Below, one piece after another: positions 45,301 through 58,700 of a stretch of DNA of 64,000 nt. Each line of letters starts with the position of its first letter. Position 1 is the first letter of the stretch. The notes under the pieces were generated by a model. That model was not told the origin of the DNA, searched no databases, and worked only from the letters and a program-made list of their open reading frames with translations. This DNA is from Cycas panzhihuaensis. Its lineage: Eukaryota; Plantae; Cycadophyta. Made by a program: the position numbers and the translations under genes. The stretch lies in the NCBI GenBank assembly GCA_023213395.1, contig CM041465.1, positions 172,677,741 to 172,741,740 of the forward strand, read 5' to 3'.

Positions 45301-48300
45301 CAATTGATGCTAATGTGATTCTTGGAGATGCTAATGTTTTGCCTATAGAAGGTATTGGAACCATTTCACTTGCAGGTGGAAAATTTAATGGTGTTTATTA
45401 CTTGCCTTAAATGAAGCTAAATCTTCTCTCAGCCTAGGAAATCTGTAGGCAAGGTATGAAAATAGAGCTCTACAATGATAAATGTTTAGTTATAGATCCA
45501 AAGAAACACTTCTCTATTGTTGATATTGGGAAAGTACATGATAACTTTTGGGTGTTTGAGTCTTTTAAAACCCAACAGGATTCTTATATTTTCATTGCCA
45601 GCACTGATGATGTGAGTAAGTTGTGGCATAAAAGATTGGATCATCTTAACTATGGTAGCATCAATTTAATGAATTGATTGAAGATGGTAATTTGTTTGCC
45701 TCATATTCAATGTTCAAAGGGTGCTTGTGAAGGATGTATGTATGGAAAACATCATTATTATCCTTTTGTTAGAGATAATATTTGGAGGGCAAGAGAGAAA
45801 CTAGGACTTGTCCATACTGATTTGATGGGTCCATTGTCAAATCCTTCTATTTTAGGAGCTCACTATGTACTCATGTTTGTAGATGATTTCAATAGAAAAA
45901 ACTGGGTTTTCTTTTTAAAGAATAAGTTTGATATATTTGATAGATTTTGTGAATGGAAAACTTGTATTGAAATTGAATGTGGTATGAAGATTAAGAAATT
46001 AAGAAGTGATAATGGAAAGGAGTATGATAACAATGTCTTTCATCATATCTGTCTTACCCATGGTATTAAGCAGGAATTTACTCTTCTATATACCCCATAG
46101 TAAAATGGTGTAGCAAAAAGAAAAAAATTGTACCATAATAGAAATGGCGAGATGCATGGTAAGAGTTTGTCTCCTAAGTTTTGGGTAAAAGCCGTGGTGA
46201 CAACAGTTTATATTTTGAATAGGGTACCTACTTCTGTTGTTCGTGACATTACCCCCGAAGAATGTTGGACTGGTCAGAAACGTTCCATTAATTATTTTAA
46301 GGTATTTGGGTGCATTGCCTATGCACACATCCTAGACAAAAATTGAAAGAAATTGGGTCAAGAAAGTTTAAAGTGTATTTTTGTGGGATACTCTCAAGAG
46401 AATAAGGCTTATAGACTTTGGGATCCGCAGGGGGGGGAAATCTTGATTAGTTAGGATGTTAAGTTTAATGAGTCATTGACGTATCATGTTGATAAATCAT
46501 CTAAAGATATATTTTATCCTCCACTTCTACCTTTTCTGAGTCGTGATTCTGCAGATTTATAGGTACATGAGTCTGTTATGTAGAATAATTTCAAAGTAGG
46601 ACTAAGTGGAAGTTGTAATGAGGATCCATCATATGTTGAAACATAATCTACACCTCGTGTTTTGTTATGGGCAAAAAGAACCATTGAAGACTCAGGAGTG
46701 ACGATTGAAAATCTAGAAGATGGTTGAAGGACAAGGATTCAACATGCTAGTCAGGTCTTAGTGATGAACACCAAGGACTTTATTTCATTTGACGAAGTGA
46801 TAGAAGATCCATGATGGAAATCTACAATGGAGGAAGAATTTTGTTCCCTTATAAAGAACAATACATGGGATTTAGTTCAACTTCCTCCCTCAAAGAACTT
46901 GGTTGGTTGCAAGTGGGTCTACAAGATAAAGTATCACTCCAATGGTGAAGTAGACAAGAATAAAGCTAGACTTGTAGATCAAGGTTTTAAACAAAAAGAA
47001 GGAATCGATTATGAAGAGACTTTTGCACCTATATCTAAGATTTTAATAGTCTGATTGATCCTTGCTTTAACAGCTACTTTTGGTTGGGTGTTACATCAAA
47101 TGGATGTAAAGTCCACTTTTGTTCATGGAGATTTGAAGGAGGAGATTTACATGGCCCAATGTCTAGGTTTTGTGAAGAAAGGATAGGGGCATTTAGTGTG
47201 TTAATTAAAGAAATCTCTTTATGGCCTAAAACAAGCACCACATGCTTGGTATGAGAAGATTGATGCTAGATTAAAGGGTGATGGCTTTATGACAACAGAT
47301 TTTGAACCAAGTCTTTATATTAGAAAGAAAGGATATTTAGTTGTTCTTATTGTTTTGTATGTAGATGACCTTATTATTACTAGAAATTGTAGCAGGACAA
47401 TTGCAGATACAAAGACCTTTTTAGGTCATAACTTTGATATGACAGATCTTAGTCCTCTCCATCACTTTTTAGGCATCGAGATTAAGCAGATGAAAGATCG
47501 AATTATGATGTTGCAGATTATGTATGCTCAATCCCTACTTAAGAAATTTAGGATGAAGGATTGTAAACTGGTTAGAACACCATGTGTGAAAGGCACACAT
47601 CTTCAGAAGAACATGGATAAACCAGTTGTAGATGGGACATTGTATCAACAATTAGTAGAGAGTTTGATTTATCTAACTCATACTAGACCTGATATTGCCT
47701 ATGCTATTGGATTAGTGTGTCATTTTATGCAAAATCCCTAAGAGCTACATTTGAATGCAGCGAAGAGGATTTTGAAGTATATTAACGGTACACTTAATGT
47801 TGGTGGTCTTGAATACCTTCATAGTGGTAAGGCAAAATTATATGGGTATACAGATGCTGATTGGGGCAGAGATGTTGAAGACCAAAAATCAACCGCAGGT
47901 ATATTTTTGGCATTGGAAATGGGTTTGTCTCATGGCAATGTAAAAAGCAATCTACCATGGCCTTGTCTTCTACAGAAACTAAGTATCAAAGTCTAAGTGT
48001 TGGTGCAAGGGAAGTTGCATGGTTGTAGGGACTTTTGGAGACACTTGGTATATCATCTAGCACTCCAGTTATCCATTGTAATAATTAAAGTGTTATTCAA
48101 CTTTCAAAGAATCCAGAGTTTCATGCATATATAAAGCATGTCGAAATTCAGCACCACTACATTCGTGAGTTGATCAGATCAGGAAAGATGTAGGTTGAAT
48201 ATTGTCCAAGTGAGGAGCAACTTGCCAATGTGTTCACCAAGGCTCTTACTAAAGATCAATTTTTAAAGATTCGTGCACATTTGGGACTTAGTCTTGAAGG

Positions 48301-48616
48301 GGAATTTCTTTTTCAAGACAAAGGTTAGATACTTCATTATTTTGAAGACTGACATTTACATTAAGAGAGGATGTTAAAAATACTACCTAACTAATGCAAA
48401 TATTATGCACAAATCTTTTATTATTTTGGGTTAACAGATGTCTATTTTTAGGTCTTATGGATCTATATATATCTGAAGATCATCTTGTACTCTTCATGCT
48501 TTTGGGTCAAATGTAATCGAAGTTCTAAGGTGGATTTTCCCATTAGAAATCTGTGCGTATTCATTTATCTGATTAACGTATGTATTCGATCTAGTTTTAC
48601 TCTCATTTTTTTAACA
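42330..48616 (+). mobile_element. Full-length Ty1/copia LTR retrotransposon (inactive)
   Basis: LTRs 42330-42573 and 48372-48616; PBS TGGTATCAGAGC 42574-42585; PPT AAGAGAGGA; perfect TSD ATAAT. Confidence 0.96.
44372..48328 (+). pseudogene. Copia gag-pol polyprotein (gag, PR, INT, RT, RNase H) with stops and frameshifts
   Basis: FNGNNFSNWK, CNYYKKDGH, WILGSGA, LWHKRLDH, VHTDLMGP, FVDDF, LRSDNGKEY, KWVYKIK, LYVDDL, YTDADWG, KHVEIQHHYIRE. Confidence 0.95.
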
Positions 48617-51430
48617 ATAATAATAAAAACTAGTATGCATATGATTTGTTAACTGAAGGATCTAAATATTGATGGCTAAACAACTACATTTATAATTTGG
48701 AGATAGGGAATATTATGTTTGACTTATATTAGTGGATCAGATTACCACATGAGACATTTATTTCTTCATTCCAATGTTTTGAAAAAAATAGGTGTCTTTG
48801 AAGCCATGTTATCTAAATGTTGGTCTTCAAAGATAAGATCCTTTGAATTGAAGATTGACATTCATTGTGATACAGATCACTATCTAAAATGTATTCAATT
48901 CATGTATTTAATTTTTAAAAAAGTCTTTGGAATTTATGATAAAGGATAGTTACAGAGGTCATGAATGCTATGTCTGAGATTACTAGTGAATGGATGTAGA
49001 ATGCATCACCCACCATATGGAGAAGTGCCTTAAAAGGATTGAGTAATAAAATGCAAAAATCCCACATCATGGAACAAGTAGATAAAAGTGGTTGCCACAC
49101 ATAGAGAGATATAAGAATCTTATAACATAATCATCATACATAGAAGAGCAAATAAAATTAGAGAGAACCACTAAATCCTAACTATATTAAGGATGAGACA
49201 TTAAAGAGTAGGAAAAATTAAAGACAACTAACATAAGAAAAAATAGAAACCTTATCAATGAAGAAATTAAAATAGTGGATGGGTTTTTTTTGGGGGGGGA
49301 AATTTTCATCTTTTTTGAGCAAATGCAAAATTTTATTTTGGCTAACTTAAAAATTTTCCAATGTCAAATTCACATTTAATTATATTAAATATTTCTTTAA
49401 ATTTTACTAGGCCCCTCGTAGATAACCCCTTAGTTATGTGGCAGTCCCATGTAACTAGCAACCCAAGAATAAAGGAGTTTAACATCATCTTTTTAGCCCC
49501 TTTTACTTTCTAAAGTATATCACTTTACTATTTTCTTCATATCTTAAGCATATGAGGTTGGATTTCATATCTAAAAATTGTGCTTGGAAGCTAACTTAGT
49601 CCCCTTCAAAATGATAGGTTACATGAAGTAGTTTAAAACTATTTTACAATAAAAAATTTAGTTTAATGTTAAGGCAAAATTTAAAATAAGTTATTTTGAA
49701 TGAGTTTTTCATCATTTTAGGCATATTTATCTTTCTTTAAAGGTTCAAAGTCATTTGATAATTATTTTATTGATGTAATATACCCTTAAATAGGGAAGAA
49801 ATGTAAAAATTATAAGTCATGGGCTTTATTTAGGCTTTAGAGAACCCCATTTTATTATTAAAGTTGTTAAAATTTGTAATTAGAGAGAGTCATTTTATGT
49901 TATCTTTAAGTAACATCCACTTTATGTTATGTTTGACATATTTTATAATATTCTTATTATATTATTAGATATTTCTAAGCCCATATAGATACATTTGAGG
50001 CCATAGAGACCATGTATAAGGCTAATAAGGCCCTTTATCATGTATTTTCGGCTATAGTTGTCGATGTTATTATATTTTTGGGCATGTGTTCTTGAAGAAG
50101 TTCCTCATAGTCCCATTTGGCAAGAGGTGGGATACCTTTTCTATAAGTACTCTCACATTCTTTTCTAGTATACTTATTTGGTCATGTAGGACAATATGTT
50201 CTCAAAGTGATATTGATGTGGCATAGGCATAACCACATATCTAAAGGAGTGATACATGGAATTGGCAATCACAATAACTGATTATGCATGTGGTTTAGTA
50301 GATTGAGGTTTTTTTGTATGGATGTCAATAGTATTTCATATTTATTTAAAGTAATTTAGATTTAGTAAATTTGAAGATACATTTGTATTATTGATATGAC
50401 ATTTTATGATTGTATAATTATATAATATATGGGCTAGTATTAGATGTAATATCTAATTATACTTTATATTATTCATAACCTATTTTACACTCTCTTATTA
50501 GTTTGTAAATATTACATTATAGTCACTTTAATATATATGTTACTTAAGAAGCCTACTAATACATAAAGGATGACCTAAAGGATTCTCCACATGATGTGAG
50601 GGATTCTATAAATATACATTTGATTCTTTTAATAATATGAATCTTTACTATTCTTCCACCTATCCAAAATGCTTATACTTGTATATATTTTATCTCCTGT
50701 GTGTTATATTATTCTATCTCTCACTCACCTCCTAATCCTTGTTGGGTCTATTCATATAGTTTATTACTTCTATATATTATTCCTAACATATTAGTAATAG
50801 AGCTTCATTTCTAAATTTAATATAAAAATAACTTTAAAATTTCTTTAAAATAGACTCATTAGCAAGTCGCTAATCTAGGCACTAATAAGTTTTAAAAAGA
50901 CATCAAATTTATGAAGAAAGAGCTCCAAATAATTTGAAGAAAAGGCTTTACAAAAATTCCCTTCCCAATGGATTCAATAATAGGCTTTAATGTTAATATA
51001 TTGGCTTTGATACTGCTATGTTAGATTATTTGTATACAGCTAAAATAACATAATGTTAGGAAAAATATGCGAATAATGAGTGAAAGTAGACCTAACATGA
51101 ATAGGAATAAAATAAGGAGGTGAGTGAAAGGTAAGAGAAATGATATATAGTAGATGAAATATTTATGCACAATATTGAAGAAGGGATTAGAAGAATGACC
51201 AAACTTAAATCTTATTCATAGTATCAAATATATATTTATAGTAGAACTCACCTTATGCTGAGAACCCTCAAAAGTTAATCTAGTTATACTATCATACATT
51301 CTAAGTGATACACATAAATAGGTGACTATAACATAAAATTCACAGATATTAGAAGACTGTGAATGGGATTTAGGATGACATTATATATAATTGGATATTA
51401 CTATCTAACAATTTCTAAATTATGAGTAAC

Positions 51431-53190
51431 TTTTTTTTTCCTATAGGAAAAAAAAGAAAATATTATAGAAAAAATTTTATATTGAATTACAAAATATTAG
51501 CTATTTACAGAAGATCACTCCACTTAGAATGGGATATAAGGATAATAACACTATAGAATAATAGGAATGTCACATCACCATCCCACTAGATTCATCTCTT
51601 TGTGTTACGCATCTACTTTTTTTGGTCTTAGGTCTACCATGGCCTTAAGTTGACCTTTCCTCTAGTACTTGCTTAATGATCCACAGATTTTCACTACCCA
51701 AGTCAATCTATGATTGCGTCTCTTACCCTATTTCACAAGTTATCTCTTTTTGCATGTTTTCTAATATTATTGGCCTTTTAGCTCTTCTTTTCTCCAAATG
51801 ACCACAATCCATCTATGGATTTGGCTAAGGACTGAAGTATATGCCTATTTTTTCATTTTGGTCCAACTTGTTATCAAGGGTATCATGCAAATTCATATTA
51901 TAATGCTAATCTATAATATGCCCATATCATCACGTATGTTCATATTGCTATGCTAATTTGTATTAATATATAACATGGCATAGGCCTTTATATCTAGACA
52001 TGTGGTCTATTTCATATAGAAATCTTTATTTGTAACCTACTTTTTATCTCTAATCAAATATAGAATCCCATAAACCCCTTTACTAAGAGTATTTTGAGTT
52101 ACATTGAGAGATTTAATGAGTTTTATTTATTGATCCTCAATAATTTGGATTAGATCTCTATCTTCTAAATAATCTTTTATGTCTTTGGTGTTGTCTTCAT
52201 TTAATATTTCAAAAAAAATTAAAATTATGATATATATATATTTTTAAGAGCACTCACTTGATTTTAGTTTTTAGCTAGCCACATCATTTGCACCATTATA
52301 AATCCATCTTTAGAGCCAATATTCTTATCATCCTCTAAAATAGGCTTTATCCTCTTAAGTAGGTAGTCTCTAATCAAATGTCCATATTAATGGCACTTTC
52401 TACACTTGAATGAGACTTATTCATAATCTAGATCTTGTGGCCAGATCTAATTAGGTACCATAATCTCGATCTTTTTTTGCAATCCTTTTAATATATCCAT
52501 TTCCAAATGTAACATAATAAACAAGGATATTTCATTGAATTTTACAGTTTTAATAGCTTTTAAAAAGGTACTAGGGATTGATTTGCTTACCTTAAAGACT
52601 TTTTCACTATAAAAATATAAGGGAAAAAATGGGAGTTTCACCCACATTATTATGGTGATTAGAGCTTTTGCTTAAGATCAAAAGAGAGATCCCAAAATTT
52701 TATAAACAAACTTCTTATAATCATGAACCATAACACTTTATTAAAAATTATGTCTTAATCTTCTACAAATTTGAAAATGACCATAAAAAACCCTTATCCA
52801 ACTAGGTATACATCTAGGGTATAGTAAATGATTTGAGTCTAATTGGATTTTATCCATACCTCTAAGCCTCTTGGTAATGGCCATAGATTGAAAAACCTAC
52901 AAACTAACTTGCATTAAGCCAAGCTCTTAAAGTCTCAAACCAAAAATGTTTCATTAAATTTCAGTTGAGGGTTGGTGTCCAACCTCTTAACAAAACATCC
53001 ACGCTTTACTGAACATTCAACTTCCAATATTTTTTGCATTTTAAACAAAATATTATGTAGCATATTACTTGTCTTATTGCTAAGAGGACTAAGGGCTTCA
53101 CCCTCTAAATTGGAGGGTGAGCCCCCTGCATCGATGATCTGAAGATAAAACCTTAGGTCTTAAACTAGCAACACACTATCCATATTATAA
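51431..53190 (-). mobile_element. L1-derived element carrying ORF1 only (DUF4283 plus zf-CCHC), ending in short poly(A)
   Basis: WVKLPFFPL.FYSE, EMDI.KGL.KKI.I, W.Q.LDYE.VSFKC.KCH.YGH; basic C-terminus GRPKTKK; T9 run at 51431-51439; 5' limit approximate. Confidence 0.7.
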
Positions 53191-53569
53191 CTAACTTAAT
53201 ATACTTGCTTTGAGTGGTTTAAATACAATTTACTTGCTTTAAGAAATTCTATTTTATGGTGTTTATTCTCATTGAGCACATTGTTAAATATCTTTAGTCC
53301 ATTTAAAATTTATTTTAAGGATTATTTTTATATAATTCTTAATTGTCATATTATTTCGTTAAATTAAAGTTTTTCTCTAATTTCCTCAAGTAGTGTTTGA
53401 TTATTTCCTTACATTAGATTAATAAGATAGTTGTTATAATTAGTTACTTCCTTTTTCATATGAAGTTTTACTTATTATTCAAACTTCACCCTCATCATTG
53501 ATACTATAAGAGTGATAAGGTTCAATATATTGAATTACTATGTTATGAAGCCTTTCTTAGTAACCCTAT

Positions 53570-55602
53570 TGCTAAGACAAGTATGGGTTTTAGTTAGGAT
53601 AAGTGCCCTATAAATCCCTCATTAACCATTTAAGAATACATCACAATCACACATATGCAGTAGTTAGTAGGGAGTGGTTCCTTTAGTGGGAACATATGAG
53701 TAGAATTTGTAGCTTGTTAGTCGTGAAGCCACCAAAGGTATACTCATGTGCATTGCCCCTTGTGCATAACTATAACTACCTCTTAAATAGAGTGAAAATA
53801 CACTATAAATATCTTATTAAAATGCCCTAAATCCATAGTGTAATCTAGCATCCACAATGGAGTAATCTCTCCCTTAACAAGAAGGAGCATCTTAAGCTCT
53901 TAGATTATACTCAAAGCACTAGCCATATGCAAGTCTAGTTAGTAGCATAAAAGAGGAGAACTGAGTTCACTTAATCCTTAATGGGTAGACAATTACCATT
54001 TTCTTTGGGCTTAGTCTCTCACCAACCAAGAAGTACTAACAGGCCTTCAACTCACTTAGGGTATGCCCTTGTGGGACTGATAACCATATTGGCATGCCTA
54101 AAGCCATTAACTAAGGACTTATAAACTTAACATAGTGTATACTTAAGGCAAATGAACAATAGATCAAGTCTCTTATGGGCCCATCAAATCCACCCAAGAG
54201 ACATTGGAGCTTTATAGGCATCTGGGTACTCCTTATTTATCAATCACATTGATGTAACATCATGACCTAATGTTTCACCACATAAGACCATGTATTTATT
54301 TATCATGGATTTGTTATTAAGCATATAAACATGTATGTATAACATCTATTAATCATGTAACATAATCAATAGCCTTTAAATGATTTATATACATGTTTTT
54401 AATCACATCTAGTAGCATTCAATCATAGAAACATTCAAATCCTACCATGTTATGGTTTTAACATATATGCATATACAACCCCATGAGAGTAATACATTAT
54501 AACAAATCATTTCAACCATCAAATGACCTATGTTCACATAGATTTAGGGTTAAAGTTCTTTTTATAATAGATGATTATAATTACCTATGTACTTAACAAG
54601 GATTTAGAGTCCCAAAATGTAGGTTTAGCCATAAAATATAATATTTAATAATTAAAATAAATGCTTTATGCTTTTTAAACCACCCAAAAAGTTTACTTCT
54701 AAATTTAAGTCACAACTTTAAAATTTAGAAAATTTTATCTACTAAAATTAGGGTTTAATGCATTTTTCTCTATTATTTTGCACTAGATTTTTTCTAATGA
54801 CCATGGTTTCAATTTTTAGTTTGTTTTCTATAATTTGTTAATTTTTTAAAGGAAAATTAACTCTTTGATTTTTGGTTGAGTTTTCTTCTTTCAATTATTT
54901 CATTTACAAGTGACCCCATAGTCCTTGTAGATTATGTACATAATTGTATAACATTGAGCTAATGTATATGGCCTATAACAAGCCTCCATAGCTTGCATAT
55001 TATTATCCAAATTCCTAACATTATGTATGCCCTCTTCTCATATTTAAAAATTAATATTTATAACTACCATGGTATATATGGAGTGCTTGGGCCTTATAGA
55101 AAAGTTTTCATGAATTTTAACAATAGGTTTCAACACTTTTTAGCCATGGAAATCTAACTTAAGAAACATATTTATTGCAAATAGAAATAGATTTCAGAAA
55201 ATAAATGGAATTTCATTTATAAAAGTTTTAAAACTTTATATGTAATGATATCTTACTGGGGTTAGACCACTTACTTACCTTTCCTATTATTTATATACCT
55301 ATACATCCATCTTTAGTAGGGTTGGGCAACTAATTTCTATCTCCTCTTGCAACCCCTCTTAGTTTCTTCAAGCTTTATTAACTTCTTGATAGAGCTAGCT
55401 TTACTTTCCACTCTCTCCTTTAAGCTCCTGTGGACTTCATATGTGATAAGAGATACTAATTTAACTTATGCACCCACATCTTATATTTATAGAGAAGATA
55501 ACACCTTAAAAGAGTTATTTAATAATCCTTAAGTAGAGAGTTAGTGGGGTGAGGGTTGACTATTAAAAGTTGTACACCCACTTAAATGCTAGGAACATGA
55601 CG
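53570..55602 (-). repeat. Probable long 3' LTR of the gypsy element to its right
   Basis: PPT-like rc AAAGAGGTGGTAAAA at 55603-55617; rc CTCTATAAATA TATA box near 55485; left end approximate; no partner LTR seen. Confidence 0.5.
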
Positions 55603-55749
55603 TTTTACCACCTCTTTGATCATTTTTTGAATAATGTTAGAGGTTAAATTATATCTTGTGATATCACTTCCTTTTGTAAAGAGCTTATTATCCCCAATGA
55701 GCCCTACTCACTTTACAAAAGAGATTAATTCCCAAGTTGCCTTTTCAAA

Positions 55750-58700
55750 TGGTCTTTTTGGACACTCAATAAGATACTCATATATCTCCTTATTCTTTAA
55801 CTTCCTTTTCTTTGATCTAATACCCCCACATGATTGTTTATGTCTAGCTCTACATACTTGACTACCACATATATAGGTATGTTATTCTAAAACCATAATA
55901 ATACCTTTTTAAGGAAGTTTATATAGAATATAGGATGCATTTCAATGTATGAGGGAATCTTTATTCTATGAGCAACTCCATTCAAGTTTTCCACTACTTG
56001 CAAAGATCCACAAGACCTTAGGGACAACTTAATTTACTTTTCTATAGAAATAGATGAATTGGGTTTCACCTTTAAATAAATAATATCCCCTATATCAATT
56101 GTTTTTGGGATCTCTTTTAGTCAATATATAGCTTACTCCTTAGTTGTGCCCTTACCATATTTTTTTAACATTATTTTAACTTCTCTTACATATTTTATAA
56201 TATCTTTAATCATACTAGAGTTTTGTTGGAATAAGTATTTAGTTCAAATTCTAAAAGGATCATATGATCATATCCATATAGGGCTTTAAAATAAGCCATA
56301 CCAATTTGCCAAGTGATTACTATCTAGTTTATCCATTCTGTTTGTCTGCTCATTTGTATACAATCTCCATTACTAAATTATAAATTAATTTAAAAGGCCT
56401 TAAAGAGTTCTTGTTATAATTGGCTATTGGATTTAGTATCTATATTACTCACTCTAAACCTAGGAAAATCAAATTTAGAAAATGCATTAGTAAATTAGTA
56501 ATATCCATTGCTTTATATACCATGATACATGGAATTAATCTAGTGATTGTACCCATAACCATTAATATTTAATCATTTTAATTTTAGGTTTTTTAGTAAG
56601 CTAGTTATAAAATCTATGGATCTGTCAGGCTGCTTCCCTTATGACACATGTGAGGGAATTAACAAGCCCCTAAGCTTTTCCATGTTGTTTTATTAACTCT
56701 ACATCAATCCCATGTCCTTACATAGTCTACTAGTACTCTATTCATATTTCTTAATAATCTCTCTAATTTATTCATACTTGTGTGGCTAGAAAATGAACTA
56801 TTATATATCTCATGAAGTATTTTATACTTTAGTTCTATTACATTTAAAACTGTTATTCTATCATAATTTCCATTACCTTAACATTTTTAAATGAGTGATC
56901 TTATTTCTATATAAATTTTTAATTTCTAACATAATTTATCCTTTTCTTATACCTTTTCAATATACTTTATTAGTTACTTTATATTACCAATACTTTGCTT
57001 ACTAGAGGTTTTTAATAAAGTGCATGTATAACTACATTCTCTTTCCTAGTCAGATACACAATATTGGGCCTAAATTTCTTGAGTAATATTAGCCTTTGAT
57101 AATGCCTTAAGAATAACTTTTTTTAAATTTAATTAGGTTTAATTAATGGGGATTTTGGAGGGGCCTCAACCCCTTTATATCATCTGCCGATCAGGCCTTA
57201 AAACTGTCATGACAAGCCCACAGCCTAGCTAATCCCTACCTCTATTCCTAGTATATGCCCTTCCTTACCATCGACAAGCTCGATGGCTAGCTAAAATCTA
57301 TTACTTGCTTAGGGATAGCAAACCTGCTTGGTATCCAAACCGTCTAGATCATTCCTGACTAGATCCATAATCCCATGAGAGATTGAGTCCTTCCAAACCT
57401 CATACCTTTTGGCCCAAACTCTCCAATTGGCTAGTCCATCCACAACCTCGTTACCTTCTTTATATATGTGGACCACCTGGTAATCTACTCTTCTTTTTAG
57501 AATCTCCTTGACATCATATATCTGAGTTCTATATCTCTAATCTGGGTCAGAATCCCTCCTAATTAACTTTATCACGTTCAACGAGTCACCCTTAAGAATG
57601 ACCCTATAATGAACTACCTTTAAGATCTGATCCACCACTTTACACATAGCTTCCAACTTAGCACGATGATTAGTTTAGGAGCTATAGTAGTCCACAAAAG
57701 CCCAAATCACCTTTTCTTCCACATTCCTGCACATCCCACCTCCCCCCGCTTCTCTAGGGTTATCTTTCGTAGCTCCATCAAATTGATTTTCACCTAGCCT
57801 ATAGGTGGGGGGATCCATTTACAATTCCTAGTTAATTTTAGTTTAACTTTAAAGTTAATCCCCCATTTTTCCAAAATCCTTCTTTCCTCAAGAAAGTCTA
57901 GATTATCTTCTTCCTCCTTCAAATTCTCTTTCAAAGCCCCAAATACAGTCCCAAAGAGTTTAAATTGATCTATCTATTTATCTTAAAAGATTCTTCTATT
58001 TCTTTCTTTCCACAGATTCCACATCATCACTAAAATCGAAGTGATCAAGATGGTCTTCATAATTCTGCATCTAAAAGGATAGGTCCAAGAAATGGTTAAA
58101 CCCCAAACCGATCTTGGAAGTACCCACACCACCCCAAGGGCATTCCAAAACAACTTCCAGATCTCCCTAGAATAGATGCAATGAAGCATAATATGATTGA
58201 GGGATTCCTCCTCCTCCCTGCATAGAATGCACTTGCTCACCATAATGAACCCTCTTTTCCTAAGGTTGTTTATTGTTAAAATTTTATTTTTTGGAAACAA
58301 CCATTAGAAAATAGCAACCTTAGGGATTAATCCCAAGTTCCAGACACCCCCAAGCACTTTATTATCCCTAAGGCCTCTCTCAGAGAGTAGAGACAAATAA
58401 ACCGTCTTTACCAAATAGTCTCTAGAGGGAGCCCGAGACCATACCATTACGTCTTCCTTGGGAAATTTAGGAATATAACTTTTAGTAAGCTCAGATCTCA
58501 AAAGTGAGATATGATCTCTACCCACAGAAGGGGGAAGGTCCTCAAAGCTTCTTGATTTCTTTACGTCCCCAAGATTTTCCAAATAATCTTTAACCTTCCT
58601 ACCAGAGACCCTCTCACAGATATTTTGGAGCATGCCTAAGGAAGGTCTTTCCTTTAACTGAGGTCTACCACACCAAACATCCTCCCAAAAGTTGATTCTC

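Larger units (their letters stand above)
41060..50822 (+). mobile_element. Second family-X non-coding LTR element, inserted inverted into the first
   Basis: LTRs 41060-41427 and 50438-50822 (decayed TG..CA ends); PBS-like TGGCACTAGAGC 41431-41442; flanks (A)TAAA/TAAA(A); host sequence resumes across the junctions. Confidence 0.8.
29189..51410 (-). mobile_element. Non-coding LTR element family X (outer element of a 22-kb nest)
   Basis: LTRs 51019-51410 (PBS 51004-51015) and 29189-29560 (PPT-like side at 29561-29571); internal pieces 50823-51018, ~40840-41059 and 29561-~30650 align by eye with the plus-strand copy 41060-50822; no TSD found. Confidence 0.7.
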
